From NCBI GenBank assembly GCA_965658655.1, contig CBFHTA010000001.1, forward strand, positions 104,722 through 168,721: a stretch of DNA of 64,000 nt. The letters run 5' to 3'. Position 1 is the first letter of the stretch. Every line of letters starts with the position of its first letter. This DNA is from Candidatus Babelota bacterium. Its GTDB lineage: Bacteria; Babelota; Babeliae; Babelales; CAIQNR01. This document shows positions 39,396-48,195 of this stretch, piece by piece. Below the pieces are notes generated by a model, which was given only the letters and a program-made list of their open reading frames with translations, was not told the origin of the DNA and did no database searches. A program made the translations under genes and the position numbers.

Positions 39396-39716
39396 TTATT
39401 TCTCTGTCACCCTTCCTGAGGTATCTATAAATTTTTTATTAATCTTTTCGATTGCTTCATCAGCTGCTTTTTGAGCCTCTTCTTCGCTGCCTTCATGCGT
39501 TGAGGCTTTACGAGAACTAAGTAACCCTTCCTTTGCCACTTTGCCTTCACCTGGCCGAAACATATTAGAAAAAGAACTTGGACCATGCAGGCTTAAACAA
39601 AGTAAGTCTAACCCACTGCTTGATCGCCCCCTTTTATGATGCCTAGAACTTTTTTTATCAGCTGCATTGCTGCCCATAACCAACAGCAATAACAATATGA
39701 CGAATTCTTTTTTCAT
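39396..39716 (-). CDS. Hypothetical small exported protein
   Basis: AAGGAG RBS, signal peptide, Ser/basic-rich body. Confidence 0.65.
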   Translation of the reverse strand: MKKEFVILLLLLVMGSNAADKKSSRHHKRGRSSSGLDLLCLSLHGPSSFSNMFRPGEGKVAKEGLLSSRKASTHEGSEEEAQKAADEAIEKINKKFIDTSGRVTEK

Positions 39717-39832
39717 AAACAGCTCCTTGAATTAAGGCATGTGAATTTCCCTATGCAGTATAACCTGCAAAAAAAATTAATAAACGTTTGATTGTTCGTT
39801 ATACTGACTTGTAAATTATTATTAGGAGCAGC

Positions 39833-42040
39833 ATGAACAAAATAAAAGTTGGTGTTTTAATGGGCGGCATGTCCATAGAGAAAGAAGTGTCTTTTAATTC
39901 CGGCAGAACAATTTGCGACCACCTTGATACAAACACTTACAACATTATCCCTCTTTTTCAAACTACAAACAATCAACTTTTCATTTTACCATGGCGTTTT
40001 TTATATCGTGGAAAAATTAGTGACTTTGAACATCGACTCGAAAGAGAAGCAAAAAAAATCATCTGGGACGACCTAAAAAAACTTATAGATTTTATGTACA
40101 TTGCAGTACACGGACGCTACGCAGAGGATGGGACACTGCAAGGCTTCCTAGAAGTATTAGGCGTTCCCTATCTGGGATCAAAAGTTTTAGGAAGCGCGCT
40201 TGGGATGAATAAAACGCTTCAGAAGAAGTTTTTAGAGACTAACAATATTGCAACACCTAAAGGAATTACAGTTTATCCACACGAAACCATTGAAGATACA
40301 ACGCACATTTTAAAGCGACTAAATAAAGAAAAAATCCCTCTACCTTTAATCGTAAAACCAAACCAAGAAGGTTCGAGCTTGGGAGTGTCTGTTGTTTTCA
40401 ACGAAGAAGAGCTGCAACCTGCTCTTAAAGCTGCTCGAGATGTTCATACAGGAGAACAGCAACCCGTTTTAATAGAAGAAAAACTAGAAGGTATGGAGTT
40501 TTCTTGTATCACATTATTCAACAGCAAAACAGGCAAACCGTTACCACTCCCACCTACAGAAGTGGTAATAGAAAAAAACACCCACATTCACGACTACGAA
40601 CAAAAATACATGCCGGGTCGTGCGCAAAAATTTACCCCTGCTCGTTGCTCAGAAAAAACATTAAAAGCTATCCAGCACACCTGTTTAAAAGCTACAGAAG
40701 CTCTCCACTTTAAAACGATTTCTCGTATCGATGGCTTTGTAAAAAAAGATGGAACGATAGTAATCGTTGACCCCAACACCTTGTCTGGCATGGCACCATC
40801 AAGCTTCTTTTTTAATCAAGCGGCAGAGATTGGCATGAGCCATACTGACTTAATTAACCATTTAATTGCAACAGAGTTAACCACCTCTACAGGGCTTAAC
40901 AAACAAATAAAAATAAAGAAAATTATGAACAAAAGGCTTCGTGTGGGGGTACTACTCGGCGGAACAAGTAACGAAAAAGAGACCTCTTTGGATTCGGGAA
41001 GAAACATTTTTTACAAATTATCCCCAGATAAATACGAGGCAACCACTCTTTTTGTAGATAAAAAATTAGAACTCTATCCACTTACTCAAAAATTATTAGT
41101 ACATAATTCAACCAAAGAAATTGAACACGACCTTGATAGATCTACAAAAATTAGCTGGAACAGTCTCCCAGAAAGATTTGACTTCATCTTTATTGGTCTT
41201 CATGGCGGCGCAGGAGAAAATGGCTCTGTGCAAGGAACTCTTGAAATGCTAGGGTTGCCCTATAACGGCTCTGGTGTTGCAGCAAGTGCTCTGTGCATGA
41301 ACAAGTATGAAACAAATAAATTACTCGCCAGCCAAGATTTTGCCGTCCCTAAAAACCTTTTAATCTCCAAGGAGGACTGGCAGAAAAACAAACCTTTTAT
41401 TCTCAAAAAAATAGAAAAAGAACTTTCTCTTCCGTTTATTGCAAAGCCACACGATGACGGCTGCAGCATGATGGTTCAAAAAATAAAGACGTTTAAAGAA
41501 ACAGAAGAAGCTTTAAATGCTATTTTTAGAGACAACAAAACCCACAGTTTTTTAGAAGAATTTGTACAGGGAATGGAGCTGACCGTTGGAGTGATCGGGA
41601 ATGAAAAACCTCAAGCCCTTCCTCCAAGCCAGGCTGTGGTCAATGGCGAAATTTTAACAATCGAAGAAAAATTCTTACCAGGCGCAGGAGAAAACCAAAC
41701 TCCAGCACCGCTGCCCAAAGAAGCCTTAATATTTGTGCAAAAGACGATGGAACAAGTTTATAAAACAATTGGCTGCTCAGGTTATGCTCGTATCGATTGC
41801 TTTTATCAAACCGCAAAACAAAGCCCCACGGGTAAAGAACGCGTAATAACCCTGGAAGTCAACTCCCTCCCTGGCCTCACTCCTGCAACTTGTATTTTTC
41901 ACCAAGCCGCAGAAATTGGAATAAAGCCTATGGAATTTATCGATAGTATTATCCAAATGGGACTAGAGAAACATACATCTCTCAATTCTTCAATCCCTCG
42001 ATACGACTCCTATGGTATCACTCGGGATGATTCGAGATAA
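39833..42040 (+). CDS. ddl: Tandem two-domain D-alanine--D-alanine ligase-like ATP-grasp protein
   Basis: Two complete Ddl repeats: GG.S.EKE.S..SG, HG...E.G..QG, RID.F and N..(S/P)G each occur twice. Domain 2 begins near 40925 (MNKRLRVGVLLGG). Confidence 0.9.
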   Translation: MNKIKVGVLMGGMSIEKEVSFNSGRTICDHLDTNTYNIIPLFQTTNNQLFILPWRFLYRGKISDFEHRLEREAKKIIWDDLKKLIDFMYIAVHGRYAEDGTLQGFLEVLGVPYLGSKVLGSALGMNKTLQKKFLETNNIATPKGITVYPHETIEDTTHILKRLNKEKIPLPLIVKPNQEGSSLGVSVVFNEEELQPALKAARDVHTGEQQPVLIEEKLEGMEFSCITLFNSKTGKPLPLPPTEVVIEKNTHIHDYEQKYMPGRAQKFTPARCSEKTLKAIQHTCLKATEALHFKTISRIDGFVKKDGTIVIVDPNTLSGMAPSSFFFNQAAEIGMSHTDLINHLIATELTTSTGLNKQIKIKKIMNKRLRVGVLLGGTSNEKETSLDSGRNIFYKLSPDKYEATTLFVDKKLELYPLTQKLLVHNSTKEIEHDLDRSTKISWNSLPERFDFIFIGLHGGAGENGSVQGTLEMLGLPYNGSGVAASALCMNKYETNKLLASQDFAVPKNLLISKEDWQKNKPFILKKIEKELSLPFIAKPHDDGCSMMVQKIKTFKETEEALNAIFRDNKTHSFLEEFVQGMELTVGVIGNEKPQALPPSQAVVNGEILTIEEKFLPGAGENQTPAPLPKEALIFVQKTMEQVYKTIGCSGYARIDCFYQTAKQSPTGKERVITLEVNSLPGLTPATCIFHQAAEIGIKPMEFIDSIIQMGLEKHTSLNSSIPRYDSYGITRDDSR

Positions 42041-42109
42041 AATAATGAATGCAATCGAGTTATCCTGAATGGTTTTCTCAACAAAACAAGAAGGGCTGTA
42101 TTGAATGAT
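41993..42109. repeat. Degenerate palindromic (REP/RPE-like) element overlapping the ddl 3' end
   Basis: Inner arms 42019-42035 and 42055-42071 pair 16/17 with G.U. Outer arms 41993-42004 and 42098-42109 pair 10/12. Confidence 0.5.
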
Positions 42110-42190
42110 CGAGAGACACTTTTATTGACCAATCCAACACAAATTACGTACCTTGAAAAAAACAGTTCTTTTAATTAGGGGAGTAGAAAT

Positions 42191-42814
42191 ATGTGTTTTT
42201 CAGCATCAGCAAGTTTTGCTGCAGCCGGAGTTTTGTCGGTTATTGGTCTCTTATCTTTAAAAAAAGTAAAACATAAAAAATATGTTCCTTTTGCTATGAT
42301 TCCAATCTTTTTTGCTATCCAACAGGCATTTGAAGGTGTTGTTTGGCTTACCTACCAACAACCAGTAAATGCGTTAGTTCATCAATTCTCAATGTATGCC
42401 TTTTTATTCTTTGCTTTCTTCTTCTGGCCAGTTTGGATTCCATTCTCTTTTGCTTTAATAGAAACAAAAGCTGGTCGTCGAAATCTACTTTACGGATTAA
42501 TGGGAATTGGGGTTGCTATATCAAGCGGACTCATTTACTCAGTTGCACAACTTGGTGTATCAGCAGAAATTACTTGTAATCATGTAAAATACATTGTTGA
42601 TATTCCAGGAGTTTTCCATGAATGGGGAGCATGGATCTACTGTGTGGCAACCGTTTTGCCGTTCTTTGTATCAAGTAAAAGAATGGCGTGGGTATTTGGA
42701 CTCGCGCTCTGTGGATCTGTTGCTGTAAGTGCTTACTTCTTTACCGCTCACTTTACTTCTGTTTGGTGCTTCTTGGCAGCGCTACTGAGCTTGGGCGTAT
42801 ACGCATATTTATAA
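42191..42814 (+). CDS. DUF6629-like multi-TM membrane protein
   Basis: MCFSASASF N-terminus, PIFFAIQQAFEG, C-terminal SVWCFLAA. Confidence 0.8.
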   Translation: MCFSASASFAAAGVLSVIGLLSLKKVKHKKYVPFAMIPIFFAIQQAFEGVVWLTYQQPVNALVHQFSMYAFLFFAFFFWPVWIPFSFALIETKAGRRNLLYGLMGIGVAISSGLIYSVAQLGVSAEITCNHVKYIVDIPGVFHEWGAWIYCVATVLPFFVSSKRMAWVFGLALCGSVAVSAYFFTAHFTSVWCFLAALLSLGVYAYL

Positions 42815-42816
42815 TA

Positions 42817-42849
42817 AAAAAAAGAGCCGGTTAAAAAACTGGCTCTTTC
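42817..42849. terminator. Bidirectional terminator between convergent genes
   Basis: AAAGAGCCGGTT/AACTGGCTCTTT stem with A and T flanks. Confidence 0.75.
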
Positions 42850-42879
42850 TAATTTTTATATTTTTACAAAAAATACCAA

Positions 42880-44190
42880 TTAAATATGAATAAGTTTTCC
42901 CTTGCGGAAAGCAAGAATTAACAAACCAATCAAATGCGGTATGGCAACCATAATCTGCATAAGATCCATTAGTTTCCAGATAAGAGCAACATCTGCTAAT
43001 GCACCAAAAAACACCACAACGGATAAAGCTATATAATACCACATCATAAAGCGGTACTTAGTAAACGAAGCAAAACTTTGACTTGCGTTAAAGCTGTTCC
43101 CAATCACAGTTGTTAAAACAAACAGGGTAATGCTGCTTAACAATACCCACTGGCCAATACCAGGAGAATAAACCTTAAAGGCTTCGTATACGAGCGTATT
43201 GGAGAAACCACCTCGCATCCAAAGACCAGTAACAACTACGATAAGACCAGACAAAATAGAAAGAATCATGTCTGCGGCTACCGAGAACATTGCAAGGACT
43301 GCTTGATCTGCATGACGATCAGTATCTGCCATAGCATGAGCAATAGAAGAAGTTCCAAGACCTGCTTCTGTAATATAAATACTGCGATGAATCCCTTGTT
43401 GCATTGCAGACATAATGCTTGCACCTACAAATCCACCTACAGCAGCACAAGGACTAAATGCGCTAGAAAAAACTAAACTTATAGCACCCTTCAAAGCGCC
43501 AAAATCTCTAAACAAAATACTTAAAGCAAATGTTACGTATAATACAAACATGAACGGAACAACTTTGCTCGCAAGCTCTCCAATCCGTTTAATGCCACCC
43601 AAAAGAACAACAAAAACAATAAGAGAAAGCAAAAATCCTGTTACCCACAAAGGAACAGACTCTAGCTGGAAAATATCGGCAAGAGTGTTTGCTTGCTGAC
43701 CAGACCAACCTGCAAATAAAAACATTGTTAAAGTGCCATACCATGCAGCAAGAAAAGGACTGACCTCTTTTAGGTACTGCGTTGGGCCACCAAGAATTTC
43801 GCCTCGTTTTAGCTTAGTTCTGTATTCCATAGCAAAAATAACTTCAGCAAACTTAGTAACTGCCCCAAAAAAAGCATACGCCACTAGCCAGAACAATGCT
43901 CCAGGGCCACCAGTAGAAACAGCAACGGTAGGACCAACAATATTACCCATACCAATAGTAGTAGACATTGCAGTCAATAGCGCATGAAATGGGTTAATAG
44001 ACTTTTCACCTTTTGTTTCTTTGTGATGGTTAACCCCACCAAAAAGAAGTCTCATTAGACGTGGAAGGGCACGAACTTGAATGAAGCGTGTTTTAATTGT
44101 TAAAACAATTCCAACCGTTAAATAAAGCAACATAGCTGGTAAAGCAACAGCCTCACCTGCACGCGTGCAAAAATGTTCTAAATTGATCAT
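42880..44190 (-). CDS. Alanine/glycine:cation symporter (AGCS/AlsT family)
   Basis: TIGMGNIVG, GGPGALFW, GGP..Y, EAGLGTS. Confidence 0.92.
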   Translation of the reverse strand: MINLEHFCTRAGEAVALPAMLLYLTVGIVLTIKTRFIQVRALPRLMRLLFGGVNHHKETKGEKSINPFHALLTAMSTTIGMGNIVGPTVAVSTGGPGALFWLVAYAFFGAVTKFAEVIFAMEYRTKLKRGEILGGPTQYLKEVSPFLAAWYGTLTMFLFAGWSGQQANTLADIFQLESVPLWVTGFLLSLIVFVVLLGGIKRIGELASKVVPFMFVLYVTFALSILFRDFGALKGAISLVFSSAFSPCAAVGGFVGASIMSAMQQGIHRSIYITEAGLGTSSIAHAMADTDRHADQAVLAMFSVAADMILSILSGLIVVVTGLWMRGGFSNTLVYEAFKVYSPGIGQWVLLSSITLFVLTTVIGNSFNASQSFASFTKYRFMMWYYIALSVVVFFGALADVALIWKLMDLMQIMVAIPHLIGLLILAFRKGKLIHI

Positions 44191-44275
44191 AAGTATGGCT
44201 CCTTAATTTTCGACATAAAGATCCCCTAAAAAGAAAATTCGCACTATAACAATAATGCGAACATAAAGACCTATT

Positions 44276-44881
44276 CTATACTTTTTTGGCCAAAAAAGAC
44301 AGAGCTTGCCTCATAAGTGCGTCAAACGGTGCTGCTGCACCTCCTCCTTCTTTGCGCAAATATGTTAATGTTGCTTCTATTTCTTGGCGAGAATAATTAA
44401 GGGATTGTAAAACTTGAGTAAGGTTTTTCCATTGCTCTAAAGACTCTTGTGCGCCTTGCTCAAAAGCAATTCCGCTATCAATGAGCTTACTTACTTTATG
44501 ACGCAACTGTACAATAATTTGTTCTGCTTTTTTTGCCCCAATTCCACTTACAGAACTAAGAGCTTTATCATCACCCTCTTGAATAGCTTGCAAAAAAGCA
44601 TTAGGTGAAAGTTGGTGCAAAACTGCCAAGCCAATTTTAGGACCAAGGCCAGAGCAACTAGTAATCAATAAAAAAACAGTTCGTTCTAGTTCAGAAGAAA
44701 AACCATAAAGACTTGGTCCATTGTCGCTATTCCAATGCATATGGATAGGAACCGTAATTTCTTGTTTCCCCTGAAAAAATTCTGGACTCGGCACTTGGAA
44801 GGCAAAGCCTACCCCTTGAACATCTAAGGTTATTGTGCTGTCTGAAATGGTGGCAATCTTGCCTTTTAAATAAGAAAACAT
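44276..44881 (-). CDS. ruvA: Holliday junction branch-migration protein RuvA
   Basis: MFSYLKG, DVQGVGF, LYGF, HhH motifs SGLGPK and SGIGAKKA. Confidence 0.95.
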   Translation of the reverse strand: MFSYLKGKIATISDSTITLDVQGVGFAFQVPSPEFFQGKQEITVPIHMHWNSDNGPSLYGFSSELERTVFLLITSCSGLGPKIGLAVLHQLSPNAFLQAIQEGDDKALSSVSGIGAKKAEQIIVQLRHKVSKLIDSGIAFEQGAQESLEQWKNLTQVLQSLNYSRQEIEATLTYLRKEGGGAAAPFDALMRQALSFLAKKV

Positions 44882-44959
44882 AGCTATTCCTTCTGATTTG
44901 AACTGTGGGCAGTTTAACAGCAGAATACTGGTAAGTAAATTTATAAGCTTAAGTGATGA

Positions 44960-44987
44960 TTGACAAAAGCTTTGCGTATGATACCTT
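44960..44987 (+). promoter_or_regulatory. Probable promoter for tRNA-Gly
   Basis: TTGACA-16 bp-TACCTT with a TG extension. Confidence 0.5.
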
Positions 44988-44999
44988 TTAAACACTTCT

Positions 45000-45075
45000 G
45001 TGGGAATAGCTCAGCTGGTAGAGCGTTGCCTTGCCAAGGCAAAGGTCGCGGGTTCAAATCCCGTTTCCCACTCCA
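45000..45075 (+). tRNA. tRNA-Gly (GCC)
   Basis: Acceptor stem GTGGGAA/TTCCCAC, discriminator T73, encoded CCA; anticodon arm TTGCC-TTGCCAA-GGCAA; T-loop TTCAAAT. Confidence 0.96.
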
Positions 45076-45196
45076 AAATCCCCTTCCTATTTACTATTCT
45101 TGCCTCCTTTTGGTATAATAAACTAATATTATAAGCTATAAGTGCTTTTAAGGGTAAAAAGCCAAGCAAACATCCAAAGAAAGGCTAATTGGAAAG

Positions 45197-45868
45197 ATGA
45201 AATCACTGGTTGAAGAAGCGTCAAGCATAACCAAAGCCATCGAAAAAGCATGGATTAGGGCGGGACAGCCTCAGTCATTTTCAGTAAAAATTTTTGAAAC
45301 CCCCGAAATCGGATTCTTGGGATTTACAAGAAAGTCTGCAAAAGTAGGTATTTTCTTTGAAGAACCAATACCGGAAAGATCAAACAAAAAACACTACTCT
45401 CGTCCAGCTAATAAGCGGACAAGCCGGAAACCTTCTGAGCACTCTGCTCCGCGCAGAGAGCCTCGAACTGGTTCACAAGAACGTCATCCCAGCAATCGTC
45501 CTGCACAAAGAACAGTAGACTCTCGAGAAGAAAAAAGAGAGACAAGGCCAAAAACAAGTCCTCGGCGCAGAGAAGATAATCGAGAAACAGACACACGAAA
45601 AGAACGTTCTGTTGCTCAGCCAAGACGCCCACAAAGGCGTTCGCCGCGAAGAGAAGACCTTCAGGAAAACAAGCGACCACAACGTGATCGCCAAGAACAA
45701 CCTGTGCAAGAAAGCCGTAAACCAGAGAACAAAGTTGCACCAAAAGCAGTAACGCCGGTTTCAAAACCTCAAGAAACTGCTCCAGCAGCTCCCGCGGTTA
45801 AGCGTCCTCCTAAAATTTCTGGTCGAAGATTTTCTGGACACAAAAAAAGCAAGACTGAAGACTCGTAA
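45197..45868 (+). CDS. Jag/KhpB N-terminal-domain protein with an Arg-rich disordered tail
   Basis: Jag_N-like SITKAIEKA...GFLGF..KSAKV, directly upstream of mnmE. No KH or R3H domain is visible. Confidence 0.75.
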   Translation: MKSLVEEASSITKAIEKAWIRAGQPQSFSVKIFETPEIGFLGFTRKSAKVGIFFEEPIPERSNKKHYSRPANKRTSRKPSEHSAPRREPRTGSQERHPSNRPAQRTVDSREEKRETRPKTSPRRREDNRETDTRKERSVAQPRRPQRRSPRREDLQENKRPQRDRQEQPVQESRKPENKVAPKAVTPVSKPQETAPAAPAVKRPPKISGRRFSGHKKSKTEDS

Positions 45869-45913
45869 ACTTTGTTTTGTTAAGAGTTTTTGCTAAAAAT
45901 AACTGGAGGTTAC

Positions 45914-47272
45914 TTGTTCACTGAAACTATTGTGGCTCAATGCACCCCGGCTGGATCTGGAGCCTTGGCGCTTTTACGAGTTTCTGGATCGAATGCATGG
46001 GAAATTACTAGTAAAGCTGCAAAGCTTTCTTCTAAGCAACCGCTGTCTAAAGTTGCTTCACACACCATTCATCATGGCTGGGTTGTGGATAACAAAGGCA
46101 CCCTCATTGATGAGGTAATGTTTTTTGCTATGCGTGGCCCAAAAACCTTTACTGGTGAAGATGTTATTGAAATAACAAGCCACAATAACCCTTTTATTAT
46201 CGAGAATATTTTACAACAAATTATACATTGCGGAGCGCGCCTTGCTCAACCGGGAGAATTTTCTCGCCAAGCAGTAGAAAACAATAAACTCGATCTAATC
46301 CAGGCTGAAGCAATTAATGAACTCATTCAGGCAAATTCACAACAGGTACTTAAACAATCGCTTGAGCAATTACGCGGTAGCCTTTCTCACTGGGTTAAAA
46401 AATTAGAAAAAAATGTTATTCAACTAATTGCACTTTGTGAAGCAAGCTTTGAATTCTTAGAAGAAGAAATGGACTTCTCTGACCAAATGCATAAAACGGT
46501 CGGACAACTATTAGCACACATTGCAAGTCTAAAAATAACCTTTAACAAGCAACAACAGATTAGAGAAGGGGTCCGTGTTGCAATTATTGGCCCTGCAAAT
46601 ACAGGAAAATCTTCTTTATTTAATGCTCTAACCGGAAAAGATAAAGCTATAGTGACTAAATTTTCTGGAACCACGCGCGATGTACTCGAAACAGGACTTT
46701 ATGAAGATGGCATGTACATAACATTAATCGATACTGCCGGAGTCAGAAATGCTTTTGATGAAATTGAAAAAGAAGGAATCGTTCGTTCTTATAAAGAAGC
46801 AAAAACGGCCGATATTATTCTTTTGTCTCTTGATGGGGGAGAGGAACCATCTAAAGAGCAAAAAATGGTTTATGAGGATATTTACAAAAAGCACAAAGAG
46901 AAAATTATCATAGTTAAAAACAAAGCTGACCGCAAAAATAAAAACTCTCTTTTTCCGTTTGCAAATCTACGAGTTTCAAGTCAGAAAAAAACAGGACTTA
47001 ATGAGCTGAAGAAGGAAGTCATAAAAAAAGTAAACGAGCTGTTCAGCTCAGGTTCTTCTTCTTTCTTAGTTAATAAGCGGCATTACGATCTGCTAATCGC
47101 TTTTGAACAAGAACTTTTAATCGTGAAAGGTATGCTGACAGGACCAGCGGACTACGAACTAATAGCTCACCATCTAAAAGAAGCGCTCGCTACACTCACA
47201 GAGTTAACAGGTAAATCTGTAAGCGAACAAGCGCTTGACGCTGTCTTTAGAGAATTTTGCGTAGGTAAATAA
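45914..47272 (+). CDS. mnmE: tRNA modification GTPase MnmE
   Basis: [39 protein letters not shown]-terminal FCVGK. TTG start follows GGAGG. Confidence 0.96.
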   Translation: MFTETIVAQCTPAGSGALALLRVSGSNAWEITSKAAKLSSKQPLSKVASHTIHHGWVVDNKGTLIDEVMFFAMRGPKTFTGEDVIEITSHNNPFIIENILQQIIHCGARLAQPGEFSRQAVENNKLDLIQAEAINELIQANSQQVLKQSLEQLRGSLSHWVKKLEKNVIQLIALCEASFEFLEEEMDFSDQMHKTVGQLLAHIASLKITFNKQQQIREGVRVAIIGPANTGKSSLFNALTGKDKAIVTKFSGTTRDVLETGLYEDGMYITLIDTAGVRNAFDEIEKEGIVRSYKEAKTADIILLSLDGGEEPSKEQKMVYEDIYKKHKEKIIIVKNKADRKNKNSLFPFANLRVSSQKKTGLNELKKEVIKKVNELFSSGSSSFLVNKRHYDLLIAFEQELLIVKGMLTGPADYELIAHHLKEALATLTELTGKSVSEQALDAVFREFCVGK

Positions 47273-47273
47273 T

Positions 47274-47924
47274 TTACGAAATAAGTGTTGTAAACTCTAC
47301 ACGACGATTTCGCTGCTCTCTACCTTCAACATCTACTGCTACTTTGCTATCTCCATAACCAACAGCCTTTATCTTGTCTGAAGAGATGCCGGCGCTAGCA
47401 AGTCGTTTTGAAACAGTATTTGCACGTTTCTGAGAAACAGCCATGTTGTAGGTTTCACTAATACATTTCTTATCAGAGTGTCCTTCTACCCGAACAACTT
47501 TTCCACCTTTTACAGCTTCTTTAGCTTGCTGAGTATCATATTGCACCACTGCTTCTTGGTCTTTTCTGATTGTATAGTTATCGTAACTAAAATAAACAGG
47601 CTCAAAGTCTACATGTTCCACTTTGTCTTCGCGTAATTCTCTTTTTTCTTTGGCCATAGAGTCTTTGTGTGAAATTTTTATAGGAGCATAGCGTTGATCT
47701 TGCTCTTCACCCTCTAAAATAAATGCTTCTACTTTTTCATCCCAAAAGCGAGTATTTCCTACTTTGTAGCGAGCCAATGGAACACCAGAACCAGAAGAGC
47801 GAGACGCTAATTTTTTTGAACTTTTTTTAGAGGTTGTTTTTTTTGCAGCTTTTTTAGTTGAAAAACAGCCAGAGAGGCCAAAAGCAACCGGAACTAACAA
47901 CCCTATGAATAGTATTTTTTTCAT
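47274..47924 (-). CDS. OmpA-family (Pal-like) lipoprotein
   Basis: Lipobox LSGC; VYFSYD, VEGHSD, YNMAVSQKRA, GYG, NRRVE. Confidence 0.88.
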   Translation of the reverse strand: MKKILFIGLLVPVAFGLSGCFSTKKAAKKTTSKKSSKKLASRSSGSGVPLARYKVGNTRFWDEKVEAFILEGEEQDQRYAPIKISHKDSMAKEKRELREDKVEHVDFEPVYFSYDNYTIRKDQEAVVQYDTQQAKEAVKGGKVVRVEGHSDKKCISETYNMAVSQKRANTVSKRLASAGISSDKIKAVGYGDSKVAVDVEGREQRNRRVEFTTLIS

Positions 47925-48195
47925 TATAAAACTCCTTTATACTCTTAATTCACAATCAAACGGTGGTGATCATAACATGTTTTTTTATTTTTTCCTATGA
48001 TTGTCCATAGGCTCCACACCCTTGTTTTGAAGGGATTTATTTATACACTTTCTGGTGACTATAAGCTTAAAAATCAACGTTTTGACCCTCCAGAAGGTCT
48101 CAATGCTATCAATTTTTTCTAATTTTTTATATACTGGTCTCGTAAGGAAGAGTAGGGATAAAAAATTATACAGATCTTACCCCTAAGAGGGACAC

